Shown: positions 45,761-56,056 of the stretch, piece by piece
How the letters are laid out: each line of letters opens with the position of its first letter
How positions within the stretch are numbered: position 1 is the first letter of the stretch
NCBI GenBank assembly: GCA_043822065.1
Contig: JBDRCC010000017.1
Location: forward strand, 1-62,323
DNA length: 62,323 bases
DNA from: an archaeon
Lineage (GTDB): Archaea > Undinarchaeota > CAZHTU01 > JBDRCC01
Direction of reading: 5' to 3'
The notes under the pieces: model-generated
The model's database searches: none
Told to the model about the DNA's origin: nothing
What the model saw: the letters and a program-made list of their open reading frames with translations, nothing else
Translations under genes and position numbers: made by a program

Positions 45761-46384
45761 CTACTCTATTCCCTCAATAGTCGTTTCATACAGCTCGCGC
45801 CAGCCAGGGATGTTTAGGATATTGTAGAGAAGCTCAAGCGAGTCCCTTTCTGTTTTGGTAGTGTTCTCCATCAGGCTTATCACGCTGTCCAGCTGGGAAA
45901 CGTAAGCTTGGATTTCAGGGGGGGCTGAGTGCGAAACCTCTCCGCACAGCTTGCGTATGCGCTCTAATGAGGATACTTGGTCTTCGACAAGAACCCCGAT
46001 AATCAGGTCGTCGCTTATCTCTGATTTAAGGCGCTCAAGCTCTTCAAGCAGGGTCTTGTCCATTTTTGAAGCCTCATTGAATCGCTTGAGCTCAAGGACA
46101 AGGCGGGCCTCCTCATCAAAAGTTGAGCGGAATTCACCGATTTCCGCCTTCAGCTGCTTGAGCTTTGAATAAAGCTTCTTGTCCTTTGGTATAATCTTAA
46201 GGTAGTCATCAAGCTTTGAAAACCCCTGGAACTGCAGGAACGCTTCATTGGCATCCTTGTTCTCCAGGATGCTGCGCTTCTTCAGGACCGTCTGCTGGAT
46301 TTCAGCAATATGCTGCCTGGCAGCCCGCTGGGTCTCAGCGTCAAGCTCTTCAACCAGTTTTTTGCTTATGCCTGGGAATTCCAT
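45761..46384 (-). CDS. helical/coiled-coil hypothetical protein, last gene of a 3-gene unit
   Basis: 207 aa, E/L/K-rich heptads; start abuts the upstream stop. Confidence 0.75.
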   Translation of the reverse strand: MEFPGISKKLVEELDAETQRAARQHIAEIQQTVLKKRSILENKDANEAFLQFQGFSKLDDYLKIIPKDKKLYSKLKQLKAEIGEFRSTFDEEARLVLELKRFNEASKMDKTLLEELERLKSEISDDLIIGVLVEDQVSSLERIRKLCGEVSHSAPPEIQAYVSQLDSVISLMENTTKTERDSLELLYNILNIPGWRELYETTIEGIE

Positions 46385-47986
46385 TTATGCGCCTAGCTTC
46401 TTGAGAAGCTTGTCAATCTTCTTCCTTTTCACGCCCTCGAACTTGTAAAGCTCTTTCTTTGGAAGCTTCTCAGCGGCTTTTAAATCCTCGAGGTATTTAT
46501 AACCTTCTTTTGCCTTTTTCTCCTTCTTCAGCCGAGCGTCTATTTTGTCCAGCACTTTTTTGTCCTCAGTTGGGTGCGGATAAAACGCATACGGCCATAT
46601 CCTCAGGTAATCCTGATACAAGTACGTAAACGCGTGGAACGGGAGCAGCAGTATGTTTATTACCAAGTAGATGAAAAGCGCGTTCGAAAGGGACGCGCTG
46701 TAAGCGAAGGATGCCCTTAAAAGCAGGAGCTGGATGAACATGTACGCGAAAAAGATGTAGCTCCGCTTTATTATGACGTTGAATGTCCAGAAGAGCTTCA
46801 CAGTCCCCCAACAGACGTTCCTCCAGAAGTGGATATAGTTGCTTACGCCCATGAGGTTATAGAATACCTTCTCAAAAATTTGGTAGGGCCATTTGCGGAA
46901 GTAGCACTGGATGTAGTGGAAACGGTAGGCTTCCCCGTCAACCGCGCTGACAAGGCCGCTCGCCCATTCAGTATCCAGGTGCACGTTCTTGACTATCGGC
47001 CGGTTAAAGTAGAGTATCTTCCAGAATGGGATATACATCAGCTCCCTGCCAGTGATTATGATGTCCTCCGGCGGCACGTTAAACCAGCTTGCAACGTACC
47101 TCTGGCCAATCAGCTTCGATTCATGCTTCTCAAGCGAGGGCTTGTAGACTGAAAAGAGCACGTTTTTGGGGAGCCACTTCGGCTTGAATATTTTGCCCAT
47201 TTTCGCGCGGAAGTCCTTGTACGTGCGGTGAATGGCCTCGTGGCTAAGCACATAATTAAGGCCATTGACTGCGATTGCGTCCTGTGGCGAAGTAAACAGA
47301 TTAAAGTATACATCCCCATCCCAGGCGCTCACTCCAAAAAAGCCTTGGTGCGAGCCTATGTACGTCGTCTTCCGCTCCGGCTTTTTAGCAACCTGGTAAG
47401 TGAACTTCCAGAAGGGCATATACACGAACTCTAGTGTCGCGATGTACATGCATGCCCAGTTATAATGCATGAGCTTCTCAAAGTAATACTTGAAGTAGTA
47501 CAGGGCCTGTTCGTAGGTTATCCGCGGCTCGTATGCGGGATACCCCTGCCACCAGGGCTGCTCGATTGACGCCTTGCCGATAAGCTGCTCGAGTTTCTCC
47601 GGCGTGACGATCTGGATGTGGGTGTTTGTCGCGGCGACCTGGGCATCTTTGGTGAAGCCGGTGTTCGTCAGGTACATGCCGTAGAACGCTTCTGCATGCT
47701 GCATTATTTTTGACATCTGGTAAACGTCGGTGTCGGTCAGCTGGTCTGCCTTGCGGTTAATCATCACCAGGATCCTGCCGAAAGGCCGTTCAATGTCGCG
47801 CTTTTCTGCGAATATGTCCGTCCGGTAAGTTATCTGGTGCTTGCCAGTCTCTGGGATATACGTCGGCTCCTGGCCCATCTCAAGGGTGGTCATCCCACCC
47901 TCGACAATGCCGACATTCCTCTGGACGTCGTAGCCGTAGATGTTAAGCATCTCTTCTGCAATGTCAAGCATTTGGTATATGTCCAT
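46385..47986 (-). CDS. membrane protein with degenerate Mrr-like restriction-endonuclease fold (paralogue B)
   Basis: YGYDVQR...DIFAEK...YLTNTGFTKDAQVAA...IQIV pattern; two E.xY.P(F/Y)W domains; 2 C-terminal TM helices. Confidence 0.7.
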   Translation of the reverse strand: MDIYQMLDIAEEMLNIYGYDVQRNVGIVEGGMTTLEMGQEPTYIPETGKHQITYRTDIFAEKRDIERPFGRILVMINRKADQLTDTDVYQMSKIMQHAEAFYGMYLTNTGFTKDAQVAATNTHIQIVTPEKLEQLIGKASIEQPWWQGYPAYEPRITYEQALYYFKYYFEKLMHYNWACMYIATLEFVYMPFWKFTYQVAKKPERKTTYIGSHQGFFGVSAWDGDVYFNLFTSPQDAIAVNGLNYVLSHEAIHRTYKDFRAKMGKIFKPKWLPKNVLFSVYKPSLEKHESKLIGQRYVASWFNVPPEDIIITGRELMYIPFWKILYFNRPIVKNVHLDTEWASGLVSAVDGEAYRFHYIQCYFRKWPYQIFEKVFYNLMGVSNYIHFWRNVCWGTVKLFWTFNVIIKRSYIFFAYMFIQLLLLRASFAYSASLSNALFIYLVINILLLPFHAFTYLYQDYLRIWPYAFYPHPTEDKKVLDKIDARLKKEKKAKEGYKYLEDLKAAEKLPKKELYKFEGVKRKKIDKLLKKLGA

Positions 47987-49683
47987 TATACTGCCTTCCT
48001 TGCGTCCTTGAGCTTCGTGTGGGCTTTTTTGTCCATGTACGCCTCGAAGCGCCGCCTAGATACGGCATCAAGCTCGCCGGCTTCGTACATTGTCTGGAGC
48101 TCGTCGAGTGCTTTGACCTTTTCCATCTCCTTTGCAGCCTTCTTCCCTATTAGTATCGCCTCTTTTTTGGTCACGAATGGGTGGCCGTACTTCTTGCCGG
48201 ACGACCCCTTGCCCCAAGGATAGAGCATTAGGTAGTCCCTCATGAGGTAAAGGAATGCATAGCCCGGGCCGATAAACACGAACAGCAGCCCGATGAACAC
48301 CAGCAGCATAATCCCTGTTTTGAAGACAAGCATCCCATAGACCATTCCCAAGAAGAGGGCAAAAAAGAGCAAGTCTATCCAGCGGTAGCTTGCGCGTATC
48401 CCGAACTTCCAGTAGAGTATGCGGTTTAGGAAGTTGTAAGTCACGCGGTTCATAAGCTTGGTGTACTTCTTTGGCCCCAGCAGGTTGACCATGTACTTCT
48501 CTGCCATCAGGAAGACAATGTTCTTCCGGAGAGGCACGTTCTTGTAAAGGTTGAAAACATCAAGCATTAGCCCGGATACCTGGAGATTTATGTACTCTAC
48601 CTCGTTCCAGGCGTTTTTTATGTATGGGAGGTTCTCAATCCTGAAGCGCCACCAGGGGAAGTAGCAAAGCTCAATCGCAGAAATCTGTATGTTCTTCGGG
48701 TCAGTGTCCCAGAAGTAGGACAGCCACTGGGTTGCGACGACCTTGGCTTCCCATTTCTCAATCGCGGGCTTGTATACCTGAAACCGGACCCCAGGCGGCA
48801 TTCCTTTCGGCTTTGAAACCTTTCCTGGGGTGCCGAATGGCGCAAAGACGAACTGCAGGTAGGCATCTCCAGGGACAAACCCCCGTACTGCGTTTTCATA
48901 CCCGCGCTTTTTGTTTTCAGGCGTGTTTGCAAGCTTCATCAGCTCTATCGGGTCATAATCCCACCAGAGGTCAATCATGCCGTCGTAGGCGTTTATTGCA
49001 AATGCATTGAAAAATGACGTGCCAAGCGGCTTGGGGCTGGCTATGTTGCCATCTGCGTCCTTTTCAATAACGCTGTAGTTGAATTTCCAGTAGGGCATAT
49101 ATGCAAGCTCGGACCAGGCAACCTTGCTTACGTCCCAGGACCTTTGGAACCATGCGATTACTGTGTGTTTTATCTTCCTAACCGCGTCGGAATATGCAAA
49201 CCTCACAGGATAGGCGTTGACTGACTGCCACCAGGGCTTCTGCGCCATCGCCTTGCCTATGAGCTGCTCTATCCGCTCAGGGGTAAAGACCTCTATATTG
49301 TTCTGTTTTGCATGCTCCGCCGCCTCGTCATCGATGCCGGTAAGCGAAAGCATGAGGCCGAGATATGAATCAGAAACTTTTCTCACCGTGTTGAGATGGG
49401 TTATTTGTGAAACATTGACCTTGGAGTTGGACCTGTTGTACATGACCACAATCCTTCCAAATGGCCGCTCGAGGTCCTTCTTCTCTGCAAAAATGTCGAC
49501 CTTGTAGATTATCGGGGCCCGCTCCTCAGTCTCGGTCTGTATGGTCTTCCCGCCGACCTCGATTTCGCGCGTCAGGTCAGCGGTTGTGACGGTCGCCCCG
49601 GAGATACCTACGTCACGTTCCACTTCGTATCCGTAAAGAATTAGCAACCTCTCTGTAAGGTCTACTAATTGCTGAATATCCAT
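47986..49683 (-). CDS. membrane protein with degenerate Mrr-like restriction-endonuclease fold (paralogue A)
   Basis: Clear paralogue of the adjacent gene (DIFAEK.D.ERPFGRI, EQLIGKA...PWWQ, YKP..EK.E.K); 2 TM helices near the C-terminus. Confidence 0.7.
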   Translation of the reverse strand: MDIQQLVDLTERLLILYGYEVERDVGISGATVTTADLTREIEVGGKTIQTETEERAPIIYKVDIFAEKKDLERPFGRIVVMYNRSNSKVNVSQITHLNTVRKVSDSYLGLMLSLTGIDDEAAEHAKQNNIEVFTPERIEQLIGKAMAQKPWWQSVNAYPVRFAYSDAVRKIKHTVIAWFQRSWDVSKVAWSELAYMPYWKFNYSVIEKDADGNIASPKPLGTSFFNAFAINAYDGMIDLWWDYDPIELMKLANTPENKKRGYENAVRGFVPGDAYLQFVFAPFGTPGKVSKPKGMPPGVRFQVYKPAIEKWEAKVVATQWLSYFWDTDPKNIQISAIELCYFPWWRFRIENLPYIKNAWNEVEYINLQVSGLMLDVFNLYKNVPLRKNIVFLMAEKYMVNLLGPKKYTKLMNRVTYNFLNRILYWKFGIRASYRWIDLLFFALFLGMVYGMLVFKTGIMLLVFIGLLFVFIGPGYAFLYLMRDYLMLYPWGKGSSGKKYGHPFVTKKEAILIGKKAAKEMEKVKALDELQTMYEAGELDAVSRRRFEAYMDKKAHTKLKDARKAV

Positions 49684-49732
49684 GGGGTATTATAGGGGCA
49701 ATACAAATAAAAAGCTTCCTAAGGCGGAAAAA

Positions 49733-50068
49733 CTACTTTATCATGAGCTTGTCTTGGGGTGTCTCTACCTCTTCGATAATCTCATTGCCGGCAGCGACCT
49801 CGTCGATGCTGTGTATGACCCCGCCGGCGTCCTCAACGGCCTCTTTTACCTCTTTGTAGACTATTGCCTTGCCCTGGAGGGTAAGCTTTATGGTTTCCGT
49901 GTTCTTGTCGATTTCATAGAGCACAAGGTTAACGCCGTCAACGCCGCTAAGCTGGCAAAGGGTGTCTGCAAGCTCTATGAGTTCCGGGCTGTGCGGCTTC
50001 AGGATGTCCAGTACAAGCCTGCGTATCCTCGACTTCTTAGGTTCAGCTGATTGTCTCCGGTCTGCCAT
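49733..50068 (-). CDS. DUF211-family protein
   Basis: IRRLVLDILKPHSP, GVDGVN, GGVIHSIDEVAAG. Confidence 0.88.
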   Translation of the reverse strand: MADRRQSAEPKKSRIRRLVLDILKPHSPELIELADTLCQLSGVDGVNLVLYEIDKNTETIKLTLQGKAIVYKEVKEAVEDAGGVIHSIDEVAAGNEIIEEVETPQDKLMIK

Positions 50069-50110
50069 GATAACTCTCATAAGCTTGGTATACTTAAAAA
50101 AGGTTGCGAA

Positions 50111-51226
50111 ATGTTAACCACGAAGACAAGAGAAGGCACGACTGGGCTCATAGTCCCGGACATATCTCACTACGGAAAATCGTCACAATTTCCCCCTTCA
50201 GAAGCCCCGGTTTTTTACAACCCGGTGATGGAATTCTCAAGGACAGTGTCGGTTTGCTTCCTCAAGGGCGTTGGCGCCAAGGGCAGCCTATGCGATGCCC
50301 TTGCCGCAAGCGGGGCCAGGGGGCTGAGGTATGCAAATGAGGTTGGGGGGCTGAGGCTTACGTTCTTTGACAGGAACCCGCAAGCAGTTGCTTTGATTAA
50401 AAGAAACCTTAGAAGCTTAAAAATAAAAGCCGAAGTCCAGCGCGGGGACACAAATTCGCTTCTGTCAGGCCGGCATTGGGATATAGTCGACATCGACCCG
50501 TTTGGGACGCCTGTGCCTTTCCTTGACTCCTGCGCAAGGGCGTCTGAAAAGGTAGGAATGGTTACTGCCACAGACACGGCAAACCTGTGCGGGGTCTACC
50601 CAAAGGCCTGCTTGAGGCTGTATGGGTGCAAGCCGTTTAGGTCAGATTTTGTCCATGAGGCTGGCGTTAGGATACTCCTCGGGAAGATTGCATCCACGTA
50701 TGCCCAGCACGAGAAGGCAGTCTACCCAATCCTGACACAATCGAGCCAACACTACTTCCGCGCATTTTTTGACATTAGGCGCGGTGCAAAGAGGGCGGAT
50801 GACACGTTAAAGAATATCGGGTATATTCTTTACTGCCCAAAGTGCTTGTCAAGGGAGGTTTCTTTAGTCCCTGATAAGAAGTGCCCCTGCGGCAAGAGAT
50901 ATTTGGCATATGGCCCGCTCTGGGCAAGAGAGCTGTTTAACCAGCCCATGTGCAAAAAGATGATTGCGCCAGCCAAAGCATATGGCAAGCAGTATGAGCA
51001 GTTTTTTGCCACGGTGGCTGAAGAGGCGGGCATAAACTGCCCGTATTACAACTACCACAAGCTGAACTCCAAAATGACCTCTTCCCCCCCAAAATTCGAC
51101 CTCTTTTTGGATGCACTTAGGAAAAAAGGCTACGCAGCAGCAAAATCCCACATGGACAAGGAGCCTACATTCCGCACTGATGCCCCTGTAAAGCGGATAA
51201 AGGTAGTTTTAAAATCCCTATCCTAA
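50111..51226 (+). CDS. trm1: tRNA (guanine-26-N2)-dimethyltransferase
   Basis: [40 protein letters not shown]. Confidence 0.94.
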   Translation: MLTTKTREGTTGLIVPDISHYGKSSQFPPSEAPVFYNPVMEFSRTVSVCFLKGVGAKGSLCDALAASGARGLRYANEVGGLRLTFFDRNPQAVALIKRNLRSLKIKAEVQRGDTNSLLSGRHWDIVDIDPFGTPVPFLDSCARASEKVGMVTATDTANLCGVYPKACLRLYGCKPFRSDFVHEAGVRILLGKIASTYAQHEKAVYPILTQSSQHYFRAFFDIRRGAKRADDTLKNIGYILYCPKCLSREVSLVPDKKCPCGKRYLAYGPLWARELFNQPMCKKMIAPAKAYGKQYEQFFATVAEEAGINCPYYNYHKLNSKMTSSPPKFDLFLDALRKKGYAAAKSHMDKEPTFRTDAPVKRIKVVLKSLS

Positions 51227-52501
51227 AAGGCGTTTCAATAAGCCTTTTTTCTGGGGCTTGGCAGGTTGAGCGGGTTTGGCCTTCACTGGCTTCTTTGGCG
51301 CGGCTTTTGCCTTTGCTTTTAGCTTCTTCGAAACCGCCTTTACTGGCTTCTTTGGCGCGGCTTTTGCCGCTGGCTTGGGCTTTTTTGCCTTTGCTAGTGC
51401 CTTCGGTGCGGGCTTGGCTTTCTGCTTTTTCACGGACGGTTTAATCTCGACACCAGGCAGCGGTTGCTCTTTTGGCGCGGCGGCAGGCTCTGCACCTTCA
51501 GCAGGCAGCTCTTCGCGCTCAGGCTCGCCAATCATGCCCTCTGCTTGGCCTTGAATCTTTGCCTTGAGCGTTTCAAGCTCATCAGCAGTGAGCTCCTCTT
51601 CAGTGCCTTCGGATATTTCAAGCCCAAGCTCGTCAACTAGCTCTTTGTACCTGTTCCGTATAGTGACTTCAGTAACCCCTGCAACTTCTGCAACCTCGCG
51701 CTGGGTGCGCCTTTCGTTGTGCATAGTTGCGGCGATGTATATTGCCGCGGCAGCTACGCCAGTCGGGCCCCTGCCTGAAACAAGCTCCATTGCGCCTGCC
51801 TCCTTGAGTATGTCAATCGCGGCAGACTGTATCTCGCCGCTGAGCTTGAGCGCAGAGGCAAACCGTGGGACATATTCCTCCGGTTTCGTCGGGACCATCT
51901 TTATCTGGAGCTCCCTTGTCACGAACCGGTAGGTCCTTCCGATTTCCCGCTTTTTCAGGCCGGATGCTTCAGCAATCTCATCAAGCGTCCTTGGCACACC
52001 GTATTTCCTGCATGCGATATAGACTGCGGCTGCAACGACGGATTCCATTGACCTGCCCCTGACAAGCCCCTTTTCTACGACTTGCCTATAGACAAGTGCG
52101 GCCTGCTCCTTCACGTTTTTTGGCAGGGATAAATAGGAGGATATCCTGTCAAGCTCGCTGAGCGCATACCTGAGATTCCGCTCAGTCGCGGAGGATATCT
52201 GCTGCTGCCACCTGCGCAGCCTGTAAACTTCAGCCCTCTTTTTCGGAGACAGCGTCGACAGGTCAGAGTATCCTGTCCTTCCAATCATAGTAGTAAGCCC
52301 TTTGTCATGTTTTGTTAGGGTTATTGCTGAGCCAGTCCTTTCGCGCTTTGACCTCTGCTCATGGTCAAAAGCCCTCCATTCCTGGGTTGTGTCAACAATC
52401 TTGTCCTCTATTACGAGGCCGCAATCTGCGCAGATAATCTCTGCGTGTCTCTCATCTCGCTGAATCCTTTTAGAACCGCATTCCGGGCATTGTGTAGTCA
52501 T
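51218..52501 (-). CDS. tfb: transcription initiation factor IIB with ~130-aa C-terminal extension
   Basis: CPECG zinc ribbon, EWRAF, two cyclin repeats, [13 protein letters not shown], then an acidic segment and K/A/P-rich tail. Confidence 0.96.
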   Translation of the reverse strand: MTTQCPECGSKRIQRDERHAEIICADCGLVIEDKIVDTTQEWRAFDHEQRSKRERTGSAITLTKHDKGLTTMIGRTGYSDLSTLSPKKRAEVYRLRRWQQQISSATERNLRYALSELDRISSYLSLPKNVKEQAALVYRQVVEKGLVRGRSMESVVAAAVYIACRKYGVPRTLDEIAEASGLKKREIGRTYRFVTRELQIKMVPTKPEEYVPRFASALKLSGEIQSAAIDILKEAGAMELVSGRGPTGVAAAAIYIAATMHNERRTQREVAEVAGVTEVTIRNRYKELVDELGLEISEGTEEELTADELETLKAKIQGQAEGMIGEPEREELPAEGAEPAAAPKEQPLPGVEIKPSVKKQKAKPAPKALAKAKKPKPAAKAAPKKPVKAVSKKLKAKAKAAPKKPVKAKPAQPAKPQKKGLLKRLLG

Positions 52502-52701
52502 TTCAGGTATACCTCTTTGAGCTCCATCGAAGACTTGATGACAAGATAGGGTGATTTTATGTTTCCTATCACATCAATTACCGTTCCTGCCTTCTTTCCG
52601 TCCTTGCCATAAACTGGCATGCCAATCTTCGGCGATATGCCTGTAGCGCGAACGATTAGACAACCCCGCTCGTCCTTGTGGGACACCTTAAAAGAAGGCA
52701 T
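52498..52701 (-). CDS. gar1: H/ACA RNP protein Gar1/Naf1
   Basis: [16 protein letters not shown]; canonical position upstream of tfb. Confidence 0.85.
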   Translation of the reverse strand: MPSFKVSHKDERGCLIVRATGISPKIGMPVYGKDGKKAGTVIDVIGNIKSPYLVIKSSMELKEVYLK

Positions 52702-52722
52702 TTTTGTTATATGTTGAACAGG

Positions 52723-53769
52723 TTATTTATAAACTTTACGTAAGGTATTTATATGATGCCGACGAAGGTCGATGACCTCAGATAACAGCTTGCCAGTCTC
52801 GACCATGGTGACGGGGACTCCGGTCGCTTTTTCTATCTTGCGAATAAGCGCCTGGACCTTCGGCGTTATTTCTGACTCTTTGGTCGCACCAGTTATCTTC
52901 GGGTCATAGTGGTCGCAGAAGGTAAGTGCAATTTGGGTTGGGCCGTTGAGCATTGTTGCATATTTAAGGAGGCCATAGTCAATCTTGGAAGCTTTGCGCC
53001 GCATCCTGCCTGTAGTAACCCCGTACTCCGCAATGTTTTTCCTTATGATCTCCTCTTTGGCTATCTCAAATGGCAGGGGGCCTTCGCCCACCCTGCTTGG
53101 GACTGCCTTGACCACCATGACCACATCCTTGATGTGCTGCCAGCTGAGCCCGGCATCGTCTGCCGATGCAACTGCGGTGCAGTTGTCAGAAGTGGTAAAC
53201 GGGTAGTCTGGCGAAAGGGCAAGGGAAAGGTAGGTCCCCTGGCTGCCTTCAATTACGACGTCCTGCCCCCTGGCGCATGCGTCGTTGACCTCCTTAGCTA
53301 CGTCAGCAGTATACGGCTTGAGCTCGTCAATGTCTCTTGCCTGCTTTGCCTTGCGAAGGATAAACTGTGCGCGGGCGTAGCCTGTGCCGGACTTTGTCGA
53401 GCCGACTTTCGACGCCAGGTTCGAATCTGCTGCTTCCATCTCCTTGTACTCCGGAAGAATGACTGCGCAGCGGTAGTCCACCTTGGTCCGCCTTTCGACA
53501 CCGAACTTCTTTATCTCTTCGAAGAATTTTTGCGGGTCGACTACCACGCCGCTTCCGACGCGAAGCTGGACCTTCTTGTTGACCAGTGCAAGAGGGATCT
53601 GGTTGGTCTTTACAACAGTGTCCTTGTCAAGAAACAGCGAGTGTCCGGCGTTAGTTCCAGTGCCAGCCCGAACTGCATATTTTGCGTTGAGCTTGTTTGT
53701 CATGTGGGCGGATATCTTGCCCTTGCCAGAATCGCCCCAAAATGCGTCGATTACTATTGTTGCACCCAT
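52723..53769 (-). CDS. purA: adenylosuccinate synthetase (short archaeal type)
   Basis: WGDSGKGK, NAGHS, EGSQG, EYGVTTGRMRR. Confidence 0.95.
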   Translation of the reverse strand: MGATIVIDAFWGDSGKGKISAHMTNKLNAKYAVRAGTGTNAGHSLFLDKDTVVKTNQIPLALVNKKVQLRVGSGVVVDPQKFFEEIKKFGVERRTKVDYRCAVILPEYKEMEAADSNLASKVGSTKSGTGYARAQFILRKAKQARDIDELKPYTADVAKEVNDACARGQDVVIEGSQGTYLSLALSPDYPFTTSDNCTAVASADDAGLSWQHIKDVVMVVKAVPSRVGEGPLPFEIAKEEIIRKNIAEYGVTTGRMRRKASKIDYGLLKYATMLNGPTQIALTFCDHYDPKITGATKESEITPKVQALIRKIEKATGVPVTMVETGKLLSEVIDLRRHHINTLRKVYK

Positions 53770-53815
53770 CCTAAATCCTCTCGAGAATACGAGAACATAG
53801 CTTATATAGATTTAG

Positions 53816-53995
53816 TTACACGCCAAGAATAGTTCCGTGGGCAAGCTTTATTCCTGCAAGAAATACTAAAAACATCGCCAATGCAAGTATAGTGAACTGG
53901 GGGCAGACAGTTACGTAGAGGTAGTCAAGCAGTATTCCTGCAATAGAAAGGGCTACTATCAGGTATCCGATAAGAACCTTATTTTCAGCGACCAT
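53816..53995 (-). CDS. 59-aa two-TM small membrane protein (not in the ORF track)
   Basis: Manual translation MVAENKVLIGYLIVALSIAGILLDYLYVTVCPQFTILALAMFLVFLAGIKLAHGTILGV; AT-rich TATA-like box upstream. Confidence 0.65.
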   Translation of the reverse strand: MVAENKVLIGYLIVALSIAGILLDYLYVTVCPQFTILALAMFLVFLAGIKLAHGTILGV

Positions 53996-54073
53996 GAATA
54001 AAATAATCAGGATAAATATTTAATACTGTGCCCTTGCGGATATTATTTAAACAGTTTGGGCTTAGTGGAATAA

Positions 54074-55225
54074 ATGGTTCGCGTCAAGGAATTCAAGATA
54101 CACAAGCTGAATGGCCTAAAAGACGGCAAAGATGCCATCAAGCATAACACGGAGCTAATAACTGAGTTCTACAACGCCATGCACGCCCACAACACAGAGG
54201 CGGTCGCCCAGATGCTTGATGGTGCCGTGGATGAGCCATCGTTTTATTACTATGAAATAGAGTTTGACGACAAAAAAAAGAGGGGCAAGGGAGTGCTAAG
54301 AGGGTATGTTGGCCTGCTTGGCGTTGAAGAGTACGGGTCAAACATCTTCAATCATGAGAACTATTTCGAGACGCTTGCTGAGGAGATATGGGGCAGCCTC
54401 CGGCACTGCGGAATAAGCTTCAGCCCGATAATGGTCCTATACCCAAACACGGAAGAGGGCATAACCTCCATTGAGCCGCCAACGCAGCTTGAGATGATAC
54501 AGTCCACGGAGTATAACGACATGAGGACCGGAAACGTAACCCACAGAATATACCGGATATGCGACGACGGCTGGAATGCGGAATTCAAAAAAAGGATGCA
54601 AAGCCGCTGGGTGGTCATCGCAGACGGTCATCACAGGTACGTTGCCTCAAAAAAATTGAGCGAATCAGACTGCATTTCATGGGTCCCTACAATGTTTATG
54701 GATGAGAATTCCGGCATGGTGGTTCTTTCGTTCACGAGGGTTGTAAAGAATATGGACCTAAAGCTGTTTGACAAGATAACCCACGCGTATCCGTTTAGCC
54801 GCACGCCAGTCGGCAGCATGGTGGAGATGGAACACGAAATCGAGCTGATGCAGAAGACGCGGTTTGGGCTTTTCTATATTGACAATGGGGAAGACAAGTA
54901 TGAGATAATGGAGGTCGACGCGGAATACTTTGAAAAGTACTGCAGGGATAACGAAGAATATTCTGCAATGGGCGTAAAGCTCCTCCACTCCCTTGCCTTG
55001 GACAAAGCGGTGCAGAACCCTGCAAACAATATAGAATACACGACGTCGAGGGAACATACTAAGGAGCTCATAAAAAATGGCTACCAGATTGGGATTTTTA
55101 TGGGGCGCTACAAACCGCAGGACATAATCCAAAAAGGCAAAGTCGAACGCAGGATTATGCCGCAAAAGGCGACCTGCTGCATACCAAAGACCGTCCCTGG
55201 CATTGGCATCTGGAAATTCAGATGA
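54074..55225 (+). CDS. DUF1015 family protein (ParB/Srx-like fold)
   Basis: IFNHE, SPIMVLY, IADGHHRY, IMPQKAT..PK. Confidence 0.82.
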   Translation: MVRVKEFKIHKLNGLKDGKDAIKHNTELITEFYNAMHAHNTEAVAQMLDGAVDEPSFYYYEIEFDDKKKRGKGVLRGYVGLLGVEEYGSNIFNHENYFETLAEEIWGSLRHCGISFSPIMVLYPNTEEGITSIEPPTQLEMIQSTEYNDMRTGNVTHRIYRICDDGWNAEFKKRMQSRWVVIADGHHRYVASKKLSESDCISWVPTMFMDENSGMVVLSFTRVVKNMDLKLFDKITHAYPFSRTPVGSMVEMEHEIELMQKTRFGLFYIDNGEDKYEIMEVDAEYFEKYCRDNEEYSAMGVKLLHSLALDKAVQNPANNIEYTTSREHTKELIKNGYQIGIFMGRYKPQDIIQKGKVERRIMPQKATCCIPKTVPGIGIWKFR

Positions 55226-55497
55226 CTGTACAGCTCCACATTATTGTTGAGGGGCGCGTTCAAGGCGTTTTTTTCAGGCACAATGCGAAGATCCAGGCAG
55301 ATACCCTTGGTTTGGCTGGCTGGGTCCGGAATTTAGAAGACGGGCGCATAGAGATTGTCGCCCAAGGGCAAAAAAAGAAGCTGGAGTCCCTGCTTGAGTG
55401 GGCGTCTAAGGGCCCGCCTGCCGGCAAGGTAAACAAGGTCACTCATGAATTAGGGCAGGCGAAAGAAAAGTTCACATATTTTGAGATTAGGAGATAA
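55222..55497 (+). CDS. acyP: acylphosphatase
   Basis: GRVQGVFFR, GWVRNLEDG, KGPPAG. Confidence 0.95.
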   Translation: MTVQLHIIVEGRVQGVFFRHNAKIQADTLGLAGWVRNLEDGRIEIVAQGQKKKLESLLEWASKGPPAGKVNKVTHELGQAKEKFTYFEIRR

Positions 55498-56056
55498 GCT
55501 CGCCCATCTTTTTTTCGGAGCGCTTTTTGACATCCTCGTGGAGGCTGTTTCCCGTCGAGTCCATGGTAACGACTGCTGGAAGGTCTTTTACATTAAGGGC
55601 CCAGACCGCATCCGGCAGTCCAAGCTCTTTTAGGTACACGCCGGCGACCGACACTACTGACTTTGCCAGGAGAGCCGCGGTTCCGCCAACGGTAGAAAAG
55701 TAGACTGCGCCATGCTCCTTTAGAGTGTCAAGGACTCTGGCATCCATGCCGCCCTTGCCGATAATCCCGCGTATGCCGTACTTCCGCATGAGTTCCGGCT
55801 CGTATTTGTTCATCCTCGAGCTCGTTGTCGGGGCAGCAGAAATGACTTTGTATCCCTCGGCAGTCTTTTTTGCAATCGGGCCGCAGTGGTAAAGGATGTG
55901 CCCGGATAAGCTGATTCCGAATTTCTGCCCGGAGAGGAGCTTTAGATGTGCCCTGTCGCGCGCAGTAAAAAGCGTTCCAGAGATAAGGACTGCATCGCCG
56001 ACCTTGAGCTGGCGTGCCTCCTCCTCTGACATTGGGGAAGAAATCTGCTTAGGCAT
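55487..56056 (-). CDS. class I fumarate hydratase / Fe-S hydro-lyase beta subunit
   Basis: TARDRAH, YHCGP, PTTSSRM, IGKGGM, VTMDSTGNSL. Confidence 0.92.
   Translation of the reverse strand: MPKQISSPMSEEEARQLKVGDAVLISGTLFTARDRAHLKLLSGQKFGISLSGHILYHCGPIAKKTAEGYKVISAAPTTSSRMNKYEPELMRKYGIRGIIGKGGMDARVLDTLKEHGAVYFSTVGGTAALLAKSVVSVAGVYLKELGLPDAVWALNVKDLPAVVTMDSTGNSLHEDVKKRSEKKMGELIS

Noticed and set aside
52909-53832. 307-aa ORF on the + strand
   Set aside because: Antisense to purA with no recognisable motifs
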